A DNA stretch of 64,000 nt from a virus, in the IMG/VR virus record IMGVR_UViG_3300017917_000715, positions 7,169 to 71,168 of that record; one strand, given 5' to 3'. The position numbers and the translations under genes are program-made. The notes below the pieces were generated by a model. It saw only the letters and a program-made list of their open reading frames with translations, was not told where the DNA came from and searched no databases. Shown one piece after another: positions 1 through 9,171 of this stretch. Each line of letters starts with the position of its first letter. Positions within the stretch are counted from its first letter, which is position 1.

Positions 1-2
1 TT

Positions 3-875
3 GATAGCAATGTTAATAAAATGGTTTGGGCGCCTCCGCTCGAACTTCCCGATGCTCAAACTGCATCCGAACATAAACAAATTATTCTGTTTATGGACGA
101 AATGAACTCAGCGGCTCCTGCTGTACAAGCGGCGGCTTATCAGCTGGTTCTTAATCGTCGTGTTGGTACTTACCAACTTCCAGATAATGTTGTAATGGTT
201 GCCGCTGGTAACAGAGAGTCAGACAAAGGTGTTACTTATCGTATGCCTGCTCCGTTGGCTAACCGTTTTGTTCACTTGGAAATGGCCGTTGATTGGGATG
301 ACTGGCAAGAGTGGGCTGTAGAAAATCGTGTTCACAAGGATGTTGTTGGTTTCCTTACTTTTAGCAAGAAGGACTTGTACGATTTTGACCCTAAGTCAAT
401 TAGCCGTGCATTTGCTACACCTCGTTCTTGGTCTTTTGTTAGCGAATTGCTTATTGATGATGACACTGATGCTGACACTTTAACTGACCTTACTTCTGGT
501 GCTATTGGCGAAGGTCTTGCTGTTAAGTTTATGGCTCACCGTAAACATGCTAGTAAGTTGCCTAATCCGTCTGATATCCTACAAGGCAAAGTTAAAAAGT
601 TAGATACTAAGGAAATTTCAGCTCAATACTCACTTGTTGTTAGCCTATGCTACGAGCTCAAAGATGCTTGTGACAAAAACGCTAAAGACTGGAACACTCA
701 AGTAAACAACTTCTTCCAATTTATGATGGATAATTTTGAAACTGAGCTTGTTATTATGGGTACTAAGTTGTCGCTCTCAACTTATAAACTACCGCTGGAT
801 CCTGATGAGATTAAGTGTTTTGATGACTTCCATGCTAAGTATGGTAAGTACATTGCACAGGCTACTGAAAAGTAA
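3..875 (+). CDS. MoxR-type AAA+ ATPase, 5'-truncated by the window edge
   Basis: Walker B ILFMDEMN, sensor I AAGNR, arginine finger PLANRF and TPRSW motif. The frame is open back to base 3 and Walker A is absent, so the true start lies upstream. Confidence 0.9.
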   Translation, partial: DSNVNKMVWAPPLELPDAQTASEHKQIILFMDEMNSAAPAVQAAAYQLVLNRRVGTYQLPDNVVMVAAGNRESDKGVTYRMPAPLANRFVHLEMAVDWDDWQEWAVENRVHKDVVGFLTFSKKDLYDFDPKSISRAFATPRSWSFVSELLIDDDTDADTLTDLTSGAIGEGLAVKFMAHRKHASKLPNPSDILQGKVKKLDTKEISAQYSLVVSLCYELKDACDKNAKDWNTQVNNFFQFMMDNFETELVIMGTKLSLSTYKLPLDPDEIKCFDDFHAKYGKYIAQATEK

Positions 876-891
876 TTTGGCATTGGACCAA

Positions 892-920
892 TTGACAGGA
901 CCTACGGGTCCTGTTATAAT
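892..920 (+). promoter_or_regulatory. sigma70-type promoter with a palindromic spacer
   Basis: TTGACA (892-897), 17 bp spacer, TATAAT (915-920), 25 nt upstream of ATG 946, which has an AAAGGA RBS. Confidence 0.85.
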
Positions 921-945
921 ATATACATACACTAAAGGAATATAA

Positions 946-2130
946 ATGGCACACGCAGATCCAATTATTGATAAAATTATTGTAGCAAGAGTTGGCTTGC
1001 TACTTCGCCATCCGTTCTTTGGTAACCTCGCAACAAGGTTACAAATTAAAGAAGCAAGCGAGTGGTTACCTACAGCCGCAACAGACGGCCGCCACATTTT
1101 CTTTAATCGTAAGTTCTTTGAACCGCTTACAGTCAAACAAGTAGAATTTGTCATTGCACACGAAATTCTACACGCTGTTTTTGACCATATGGGCCGTTGC
1201 GAAGGGCGTGACCGTAAACTGTTTAACATTGCATGTGACTATGCAGTAAACGGACAAATTGTACGTGATAAAATTGGAGATCATCAACTACCCGATATCA
1301 AAATTTTCCACGATCAAAAATATTATGGAATGAGTGCAGAACAAATCTACGACGATTTGTATGACAAATATGATGATGAGCAATTGGCCGCATTAGGTCA
1401 AATGCTCGACGAACACTTGGATCCAGACGGCAATGGCAAAGATGGACAGCCTCGTTACTCTAAAGAAGAACTCAAACAAATTCGCGATGAGATGCGCGAA
1501 GCTGTAATGCAGGCTGCACAAGCCGCAGGTGCTGGTAATGTTCCTGCTAGTGTTGCACGTATGATTAAGGAACTTACAGAGCCTAAAATGAATTGGCGTG
1601 AAATCCTACGTCAACAAATTCAAAGCACTATTAAAAACGATTATACATTTATGCGTCCTAACCGCAAGGGTTGGCACATGAGTGCAATTCTTCCCGGTAC
1701 TAACTACGACGAGACTATTGATATTTGTGTGTCAATTGATATGTCAGGCTCTATTGGTGATGAGCAGGCAAAAGATTTCTTATCTGAAATCAAAGGTATT
1801 ATGGAAGAATATAAAGACTTTAAGATCAAACTTTGGTGTTTTGATACCCAAGTCTATAACGAAGCAGATTACGACGGATACAACATGGATTCGTTTATGG
1901 AATATGAACCAATGGGTGGTGGTGGCACTGAGTTTGATGTAAACTGGGATTACATGAAAGAACGTGGCATCCAACCTAAGAAGTTTATTATGTTCACAGA
2001 CGGCTATCCGTATGGTAGTTGGGGTGACGAACTTTACTGTGATACAGTATTCATTATCCACGGTAACGATACAGTTGTTCCTCCGTTTGGAGAATATGCT
2101 TACTACGAGGCAATTAAGGAAAATGCTTAA
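946..2130 (+). CDS. DUF2201-like HEXXH metallopeptidase fused to a vWA domain (MoxR partner)
   Basis: TAATDG, HEILH zinc motif, NIACDYAVN; C-terminal MIDAS DMSGS, GGGGT and FTDG. Confidence 0.88.
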   Translation: MAHADPIIDKIIVARVGLLLRHPFFGNLATRLQIKEASEWLPTAATDGRHIFFNRKFFEPLTVKQVEFVIAHEILHAVFDHMGRCEGRDRKLFNIACDYAVNGQIVRDKIGDHQLPDIKIFHDQKYYGMSAEQIYDDLYDKYDDEQLAALGQMLDEHLDPDGNGKDGQPRYSKEELKQIRDEMREAVMQAAQAAGAGNVPASVARMIKELTEPKMNWREILRQQIQSTIKNDYTFMRPNRKGWHMSAILPGTNYDETIDICVSIDMSGSIGDEQAKDFLSEIKGIMEEYKDFKIKLWCFDTQVYNEADYDGYNMDSFMEYEPMGGGGTEFDVNWDYMKERGIQPKKFIMFTDGYPYGSWGDELYCDTVFIIHGNDTVVPPFGEYAYYEAIKENA

Positions 2131-2417
2131 TGGCGTTAAAAAACGGCAAACCAAACCCACTTAATTATTATGGATTGCGGAGGGTAGAGTTTGCCGCTCC
2201 GCATTTTAAATATACAAGCATAGACAAGTATAACCCAACACTAATCAGAAATTTAGATTACTGGATTAAACATAATCTAAATAATAGATATTATATAGGG
2301 CAAGGTCTAGCTTTAGACCTTAATAATACAATTATATACACTACAAAAATTGGATTTGAGTCTGAAAAAGAACTCAGTTTCTTCACGATTGCTTGTCCAC
2401 ATTTACAGACGAGATAA
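2130..2417 (+). CDS. hypothetical phage protein
   Basis: 95-aa ORF coupled to the upstream gene by a TAATG overlap. Confidence 0.7.
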   Translation: MALKNGKPNPLNYYGLRRVEFAAPHFKYTSIDKYNPTLIRNLDYWIKHNLNNRYYIGQGLALDLNNTIIYTTKIGFESEKELSFFTIACPHLQTR

Positions 2418-2446
2418 TTATATACGTACATTTCAAAGGAGATACC

Positions 2447-2683
2447 ATGACTGATAAAGTACAAGAAAACGAAGTTGAACAAACACAGGAAGCACCAAAA
2501 GCTGATGCTAACGAATTAACAATCAACGACTTAAACGCAATGAAGGTCATTATTGACATCGCTAGCTCAAGAGGAGCATTTAAGCCTAATGAAATGACTG
2601 TAGTTGGTCAAACATATACTAAGCTAAGTGCATTTTTAGATCAAGTTGCTAAACAATCAGAAGCATCTAAAACAGGAGCATAA
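2447..2683 (+). CDS. hypothetical phage protein (start re-assigned to MTDKVQ)
   Basis: AAAGGAGA RBS precedes ATG 2447. Confidence 0.75.
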   Translation: MTDKVQENEVEQTQEAPKADANELTINDLNAMKVIIDIASSRGAFKPNEMTVVGQTYTKLSAFLDQVAKQSEASKTGA

Positions 2684-2685
2684 TT

Positions 2686-3315
2686 ATGCAAGCACTAAAA
2701 CACGTAGGTAGAATTAAAGGTTCAAACAGAAAATGTTTAGTTGCCTTTAGAACTCTGCCAGGGGATGCGTATCATGCCCTAGTTATACAAACAGAATCTT
2801 TACCAGATGATATGCACAATGCTATTATTAATTTGGTAGAAAGTAATGCGGCACAAACGTCATACGAATTTGCAGAAGCGTTAGATCGCACACAATTCCC
2901 AGACGGTTCACGTATGCTTCCAAATTTGCATCAAAACGGAAAACTAATTAAAGTTCCAACTAACCAAATTGAAATGACTCCAAATGTTGGTGCTTCAATT
3001 TTGTTGTCAGAACTTAATCAGATTATTGCCGAGCAAAGAGGAATAGCTGTTGACGATTTGCATATTCCGCCTAGCAGTCAAGATAAAACCACAGTAACAG
3101 AAGTTGCTAGTGCTAAAGAAATTCCTGCAGAAAAAGCAGATGTTAGTAAAACAACATCAGCAAGTGTAAACGAAACTGCGGCCGAAGTTACTTCATTTGA
3201 TACTGTAGAAGCAGAAGCAAAACATTATCGTAGCCAAGCGGATAAGTTAGCAAAACAAGCTGCCGAGTTCCGTAGAAAAGCCGAGGAGTTGGTTCCGACC
3301 AAAAAAGCTAAGTGA
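2686..3315 (+). CDS. hypothetical phage protein with C-terminal coiled coil
   Basis: 209-aa ORF, AGGAG RBS, operon packing. Confidence 0.75.
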   Translation: MQALKHVGRIKGSNRKCLVAFRTLPGDAYHALVIQTESLPDDMHNAIINLVESNAAQTSYEFAEALDRTQFPDGSRMLPNLHQNGKLIKVPTNQIEMTPNVGASILLSELNQIIAEQRGIAVDDLHIPPSSQDKTTVTEVASAKEIPAEKADVSKTTSASVNETAAEVTSFDTVEAEAKHYRSQADKLAKQAAEFRRKAEELVPTKKAK

Positions 3316-3632
3316 TTGAACAGGGAAGAACTCTTCCCAAGGATGTCATAGATGCATGGCCGGAAGTATTTGGAGAGGTAAAACTTCATGTTCTACCACT
3401 ACGGTATCTCAATGCGGTAATGATTACATTCAAAGATGGCAAGGTTTGGGAAGTAAAAATAACAGCGGAAACGCAAAGAAAAGGTTGGGATTCTTTTGAA
3501 TCCTCGTTGTCTGAGCTTTTTAAAACATACGAAGCTCGTATAGATAATATTGACTTTAAATTAGACACTGATCGAATTAGAAAAGATATCGAACGTGGGA
3601 CTCAAAAGTTCCTAAGAAAGAAAAAACTATGA
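3312..3632 (+). CDS. hypothetical phage protein
   Basis: GTGA and ATGA overlaps with both neighbours. Confidence 0.7.
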   Translation: MIEQGRTLPKDVIDAWPEVFGEVKLHVLPLRYLNAVMITFKDGKVWEVKITAETQRKGWDSFESSLSELFKTYEARIDNIDFKLDTDRIRKDIERGTQKFLRKKKL

Positions 3633-4321
3633 ATGTAAAACTTATATCTTCAAGCAAGGCTAGCCGAGAAATGGCAGATGAAGGTATTTACGATGCACAA
3701 GAGCTTATTGCATTTTGTGCCCGAGTAAGTAATCCTTCAAATCAATTTAACACAGAGACAAGCGAAAAACTAATCAGGTATCTAATCAAACACAAACATT
3801 GGTCTCCTTTGGAAATGGTTAGTGCCTGTTTAGAAATCGAAACCACAAGAGACATTGCTAGACAGATTTTAAGACACAGAAGTTTTAGCTTTCAAGAGTT
3901 TAGTCAACGGTATGCTGACCCAACTAAAGATTTAGATTTTGTATTACGCGAAGCAAGACTGCAAGATACAAAAAATCGTCAAAATAGTGTTGAACTAGAT
4001 CTACACGGTAATGATGATCACAGACGCCTAGCGTACCAATGGCAACAAATGCAACAACGAGTTATTGATGCTGCCAAAGAAGCATATAGTTGGGCTGTTG
4101 ATCATGGTATTGCAAAAGAACAAGCCCGAGCTGTTCTTCCAGAAGGTAATACAGTTAGCCGTTTATATATGAATGGCACATTAAGAAGCTGGATTCATTA
4201 CATTGAACTTCGTGCTTCAAACGGTACACAATTAGAGCACATTGAAGTCGCAAAAGCATGTGCAAAAGTCATTGCTGAAGTATTTCCAATGGCTGCTGAA
4301 TTTGTTTCATCAAACGAATGA
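3629..4321 (+). CDS. thyX: flavin-dependent thymidylate synthase ThyX
   Basis: RHRSFSFQEFSQRY signature, HWSPLE, EQARAVLP and LRSWIHYIELR. Confidence 0.97.
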   Translation: MNVKLISSSKASREMADEGIYDAQELIAFCARVSNPSNQFNTETSEKLIRYLIKHKHWSPLEMVSACLEIETTRDIARQILRHRSFSFQEFSQRYADPTKDLDFVLREARLQDTKNRQNSVELDLHGNDDHRRLAYQWQQMQQRVIDAAKEAYSWAVDHGIAKEQARAVLPEGNTVSRLYMNGTLRSWIHYIELRASNGTQLEHIEVAKACAKVIAEVFPMAAEFVSSNE

Positions 4322-5538
4322 ATATAGGCATTATTGGAGCGGGATCGGCCAGTGCAGTTGCGATACTTGCTATAGCAAACAAAAGACTTTCCGATCCTAG
4401 CTTTTTTCAAAGTTTACATATTACATGTATTAGCGATTCTAACATACCTATAACACAAGTAGGGGAAAGTATTAGCCCGTCTATTATAGCAATAATGGAA
4501 TATGTGCTTGGGCTTGATTTCTTACAAGGACTACCTAATTTTGACGGTACTCCTAGATATTATTCTAAATATTTCTTATCCGAGCAGGGCGGTGAAAACT
4601 TCCATACATGGCACATGCGCCCCGGAGCTCATGTTAATAGCCAAAAATTTAGTAGATTTATTATTGACTCTATAAAAAAGCGTCATGAATTTTTTACTGA
4701 AATTAATGATACTGTTATCGATATTACCAATTTTGATAGTGGTGTTATTGTAAATTGTAAAGAAAATTCTTATAAATTTGATTACTTAATTGATTGTCGA
4801 GGATCTCCTTCAAAGGAAGAATTAGAGTCAGGTGCTTACATTACTGATCCCTTTGAATCTGTAAATTCTGTAATATTATTTCCAGATTTTAAAAAATACG
4901 AAGAGCCGTTTACATCTGTACACTTTCACGACAACGGGTGGATGTTTGGTGTGCCTTTACAGCATCGAAAGGCTTGGGGTTATCTATATAACAACAATGT
5001 AACAACTAAAGAAGAAGCATGTGAAGGATTTTCAAAACTAAAAGGTATTGATACCAATAACCTTACTAAATTTTCTTGGAAGCCGTATTATAAGAAAAAT
5101 GCGGTTGAAGGAAGAATATTATCATTAGGAAATAGACTTTATTTCTTTGAGCCGCAACATGCTATTCCTCTACATTATTATCTAAACTTAACTGCACAAT
5201 TTGTACACGAAATAATTTACTTACCTACTGATAGATTAAATTACATGCTTAATAATTTTCATCTAGAACAAATGGAGCAAATACAAAATTTAATTGCTTT
5301 AAATTATATTCGAGATCCAGGGCTCAATACATCATTTTGGAATTACATAAGACCAAAGGCAGTAGAAAAGTTAAAAACGTCAAAAAATTTTCAAAAATGG
5401 ATTGTTAAATGTCAAACTCATAATCGTCTGTTTGATTACTTTACACACGATAGTTTTATTATCAAATTTTACTTAGACGGGTACGGCATTAATTTAAATG
5501 ATTTAAAAAATAAAGATTCAAATTACTTTTTAAATTGA
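4318..5538 (+). CDS. flavin-dependent tryptophan-halogenase-like oxidoreductase
   Basis: N-terminal Rossmann motif IGIIGAGSAS, VGES, LIDCRG, GWMFGVPLQHR (variant of WxWxIP) and GNRLYFFEP. Confidence 0.75.
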   Translation: MNIGIIGAGSASAVAILAIANKRLSDPSFFQSLHITCISDSNIPITQVGESISPSIIAIMEYVLGLDFLQGLPNFDGTPRYYSKYFLSEQGGENFHTWHMRPGAHVNSQKFSRFIIDSIKKRHEFFTEINDTVIDITNFDSGVIVNCKENSYKFDYLIDCRGSPSKEELESGAYITDPFESVNSVILFPDFKKYEEPFTSVHFHDNGWMFGVPLQHRKAWGYLYNNNVTTKEEACEGFSKLKGIDTNNLTKFSWKPYYKKNAVEGRILSLGNRLYFFEPQHAIPLHYYLNLTAQFVHEIIYLPTDRLNYMLNNFHLEQMEQIQNLIALNYIRDPGLNTSFWNYIRPKAVEKLKTSKNFQKWIVKCQTHNRLFDYFTHDSFIIKFYLDGYGINLNDLKNKDSNYFLN

Positions 5539-6875
5539 GAATACAACCAATCATAATCATTAATTAAAGATAACGCCGGTAAATTGCCGGCATTTTCTTG
5601 GCCGTATGCTCGTCCAGCGAGTGCGCCAGATATAGCAAATTCACCGTATGGCCTATCTTTACCTTTAGAACACCAAATGTTTAAGCGTTCTTCTGTTTCT
5701 GCATCAACTTGTCCTTGAATACTTTTAGATGCTAACTTAACGCATTCTCTAAATGCACTACGCCATGTAGTAAACTCATCTGTATTGAATGCTGCAATAT
5801 TTGAAATTTCTGGCATTGATTTAAAAGATGCAGAAATACTAGTAGTCATATCAGGCTTAGAAAGATCCATATTTAAGGTTAAATTACGTGGTAATAATTT
5901 AACTCCTCCGTTACCATACTCTAAATCATTAATCGGATTTTTACTTGTCCATACATGAACTATAGATTTTGTATAAGTGTCGTGGTAAACAACCTGCGGA
6001 AATTCAAAATTAAATGTGGGTTCTAATAAGGCATCAGCATCTACTACCCAGAACAGATCTGATTGAACCATTTTAGCTGCTTGAATGTGTGCGTTATGAA
6101 TGCCCTTGACTCCACTGACCCTATACACGTTACGATTAACTTTATCGACAAGTTTTTTATAGTTTTGATCTGCAAATGGCTCAAAGTAACTAATAAACAC
6201 AATATCAAAAGGTTTAGGTGTGCTTGCTTCAATGTCTACTTCTTTTTTATTTGTAAAAAATCTATAATTAAACTCTCGTTCGGATACTTTAGTTTTTTTA
6301 GAAAATAAACAAACTCCGTCAAAATAATTTCCATTTCTAAAAACATGAGTAATATTTTTATGAAAACTATCGTAAAAAGGTATATGGTACTCAAAAGAAA
6401 AATTATCTTTTATATCTATATTTGGCCATACAACCCAAAACATATCTGTAGTTGGTTGTTCTAAAATAGAAAGATATGCTTTATAGGAATCAATATAAAA
6501 AATATCGTATCTCTTAGGATTACTTGCTACTATATCAATTTCTTTTTTGTTTCGAAAAAAACGATGCTCTATTTCTCTACTGCTGACATTTAACTTTTTA
6601 GGAAACAAGCAAATTCCATCAAAGTACTCTCCATTTTTAAAAATATGTACATATTCTTGATCCCAATCCGGAACTTTAAAATCAAATTTAAAATTAGAAT
6701 TTACTACAACATCGTCCCACACAAGCCAGAACATATTTGTATAGGCTTTCTTGTTAGCAGCAGATACAGCATCAGCAAGTGTAGTTTTAACATACACCCG
6801 CTTAATTGTAGGGAATCTTTCTTTTAAATTAGCAAACGAATTGTCATCGTTTCCAATAAAAATAATATCATACAT
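5523..6875 (-). CDS. GT-A fold glycosyltransferase-like protein with two tandem N-terminal repeats
   Basis: C-terminal DIVFISY...GVKGIHNAH...FWVVDAD (DxD)...YGNGGVKL...WRSAFRECVKL; paralogous to 6875..7774. Confidence 0.75.
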   Translation of the reverse strand: MYDIIFIGNDDNSFANLKERFPTIKRVYVKTTLADAVSAANKKAYTNMFWLVWDDVVVNSNFKFDFKVPDWDQEYVHIFKNGEYFDGICLFPKKLNVSSREIEHRFFRNKKEIDIVASNPKRYDIFYIDSYKAYLSILEQPTTDMFWVVWPNIDIKDNFSFEYHIPFYDSFHKNITHVFRNGNYFDGVCLFSKKTKVSEREFNYRFFTNKKEVDIEASTPKPFDIVFISYFEPFADQNYKKLVDKVNRNVYRVSGVKGIHNAHIQAAKMVQSDLFWVVDADALLEPTFNFEFPQVVYHDTYTKSIVHVWTSKNPINDLEYGNGGVKLLPRNLTLNMDLSKPDMTTSISASFKSMPEISNIAAFNTDEFTTWRSAFRECVKLASKSIQGQVDAETEERLNIWCSKGKDRPYGEFAISGALAGRAYGQENAGNLPALSLINDYDWLYSQFKK

Positions 6876-7774
6876 TATCTTTTACGAATAATCCTCGGTG
6901 TATTATTGTATACCGTTTTAAAAAATCTACTGCCGGCAGGATCTAAATTAGAAATTTCTAACCCGCATTTTTCTCTTAATTCTTTTCCGTAAAAATTAAT
7001 TTGCTCTGTAAATATATCCGATGTAGCATTTTCATAATGCTCATTCCAATATGTTGTTAAGTAATCAAAATCTCGAACATTCGCATAGTCCCAATCTGTA
7101 CAATTTGTTAATGCTGCACCTTCTCTAGCCCCAAGTATGCTATACATTCCATTTTCAACATCTGCTCCAACAGTACACCAAATTAATAATCGATGATAAT
7201 TTTGCCACCATACTGTTTTAAGATTTCCAACCTTTGCTCCTTGATCCAGTGACATTTTTACACCTTCACGGAATCCCGCTCTCCATGCTTGGAATGGGGT
7301 AGCATTAGTAAAGCTCTCTGAGTAATTTTCATTAAATTGGTAATAACGATCATCAAAGCAAAATTCTACTTTTCCTTTAACGTCGGCGGGATCTGAATTT
7401 TCATGCGTTTTCATTTCGTTAACAAACTTGCGTGTCCATAATTTAAGTCCGCCATTTCCGTACATTAAACTGTTAACGTGAACTTTTCCGCACCACGAAA
7501 ATACATTGTCACTAGTTAGCCCTAGTGCATCTAAATCAATTTCAACTTCTAAAAAAGCAGGATCTATAATGTTGTCAGCATCAACAGTTACAAAGTATTC
7601 TGTATCACTTTTAGCTGCACAGGCTTTATGTGCCGCATCGCTACCTTTAACTCCGTGTACACGTTTTGCCCACGGTGCTTTACTTAATAAATCTGCGTAA
7701 TTTTTTTCAGCATTAGGTTCGTCATAACTCAAGAACACAATGTCTTGATCTATAACTTTAATTACATTACTCAT
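6875..7774 (-). CDS. GT-A (GT2-like) glycosyltransferase-like protein
   Basis: DIVFLSYDEP, GVKGSDAAH, FVTVDAD DxD motif, YGNGGLKLW and WRAGFREGVKM. Confidence 0.78.
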   Translation of the reverse strand: MSNVIKVIDQDIVFLSYDEPNAEKNYADLLSKAPWAKRVHGVKGSDAAHKACAAKSDTEYFVTVDADNIIDPAFLEVEIDLDALGLTSDNVFSWCGKVHVNSLMYGNGGLKLWTRKFVNEMKTHENSDPADVKGKVEFCFDDRYYQFNENYSESFTNATPFQAWRAGFREGVKMSLDQGAKVGNLKTVWWQNYHRLLIWCTVGADVENGMYSILGAREGAALTNCTDWDYANVRDFDYLTTYWNEHYENATSDIFTEQINFYGKELREKCGLEISNLDPAGSRFFKTVYNNTPRIIRKR

Positions 7775-8336
7775 TTATAATCCTTAAATTATATGTTTTA
7801 AACACTAGTTTTGACGAAATAGATATTTTGTTAATTTTATTTTCAAGTGTACTTGTAAAAGGTATTGAGATATAATCACTTGACACTAAATCTTGTGTAT
7901 CTATAAAAATTGTTCTAATTAAAAAATCAAAATCTGTTTCTAGTGTTACAAAGAAAACAAGTTTAGGTGTTAATACCTTATCGCTTGTCTCTTTGAATTC
8001 TTTACTTAAACTAAACTGCCATTCTTTATTTGGATAATTCCATGTTACTAAACATTCTGCATTTCCTGCGTTTTCGGTGATCCATTCAAACACATTATTC
8101 TTAAATGCATATCCTTGATCTGTGCTAGGCACTATAGACAGTACCGAAGTGCCGTCTGGTTGATTTTTATATCCAACTACGTAATCTTTAAATTTCCATT
8201 TGCCTGTAAGAAAATTTTCAACTTCTTCAAACGTAGTTCGTATTCCATGCTCGTATCGTTTATCCTCTTCGTTGCCTACAGAGTGTATATATCCGCTTTT
8301 TTTATCGTAGTAAACATAATGTGTTAGATTAGACAT
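7767..8336 (-). CDS. hypothetical protein in the glycosyltransferase operon
   Basis: 189-aa ORF overlapping both neighbours by 8 nt. Confidence 0.7.
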   Translation of the reverse strand: MSNLTHYVYYDKKSGYIHSVGNEEDKRYEHGIRTTFEEVENFLTGKWKFKDYVVGYKNQPDGTSVLSIVPSTDQGYAFKNNVFEWITENAGNAECLVTWNYPNKEWQFSLSKEFKETSDKVLTPKLVFFVTLETDFDFLIRTIFIDTQDLVSSDYISIPFTSTLENKINKISISSKLVFKTYNLRIINE

Positions 8337-9171
8337 TTGCTAACTCCTCTAATCTAGATAATATTTTTTTTGACAAAAAGTTTTTTTCAACATAATGAAA
8401 CAATTTTGTTTGTTTTATATTTCCAACAATAAGATCGCCTCTGCTGTTTAATACAAACGGAACAGTATCTTGCCAAGATTCGGGTAATAAGTCCCAACCC
8501 TGCAAAGGCAACTTCATATGAATAAACTCTAAAGGACTACAACTATCTATTACTGCTTCATGGCATCCTACAACTTCTATAGCAATCGCCGATGCTAAAT
8601 CCATACTTAACCAGTCTTGATATGCAACCGGAGCAAACTTATCATAAAACCATTCCCAATTATTGCAAACAAATTCTAAAGTCTTATAAAAATTAAGTGC
8701 TTGCTCAGACTTTTTAAAATAATGCAAAGCAAAATAAGGATTAGTTAACTTATTTTCAATAAATGCTTTTCTATGAAATGTATCGCTAACAATGGGCTCT
8801 AGTTTGTAATTTTTAACTTGATTACAAAATTTTAAATCAAAGTTTTTACAATAATTCCACCAATCAGTTATATCTTCTAACAATAACATATCAGCATCAA
8901 GGACAATAGTTTCATCATAAGGACTAACATGAAATAGTTTCCAACGATTTTCTACAGCATATCTTGACTCAACTTTTCTCTCAGTCCAGGGAATTGAGAT
9001 AATTTGATCAAATACCTTTGCAATGCGTTTAGGCACCTTATCATTAGTAACCAAAGATATACTAGTTGTTTCTTTTTGGCTCATCTTAATGCTCAAGGCA
9101 AGTGCGTATGCTTGTTTAATATAGTCAACTGATTTAGAATTTTCTGCAATAACTAAAAAGCCTTTAGACAT
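8329..9171 (-). CDS. GT8-like glycosyltransferase (start re-assigned to MSKGFL)
   Basis: YIKQAYALALS, SPYDETIVLDAD DxD motif, FIHMK; GAGGA RBS upstream of ATG 9171. Confidence 0.75.
   Translation of the reverse strand: MSKGFLVIAENSKSVDYIKQAYALALSIKMSQKETTSISLVTNDKVPKRIAKVFDQIISIPWTERKVESRYAVENRWKLFHVSPYDETIVLDADMLLLEDITDWWNYCKNFDLKFCNQVKNYKLEPIVSDTFHRKAFIENKLTNPYFALHYFKKSEQALNFYKTLEFVCNNWEWFYDKFAPVAYQDWLSMDLASAIAIEVVGCHEAVIDSCSPLEFIHMKLPLQGWDLLPESWQDTVPFVLNSRGDLIVGNIKQTKLFHYVEKNFLSKKILSRLEELANV

Noticed and set aside
736-1942. Short alternative-frame ORFs inside the AAA+/vWA genes (and similar 60-130 aa ORFs throughout)
   Set aside because: Nested in or largely overlapping well-supported genes, with no RBS or recognisable motifs.
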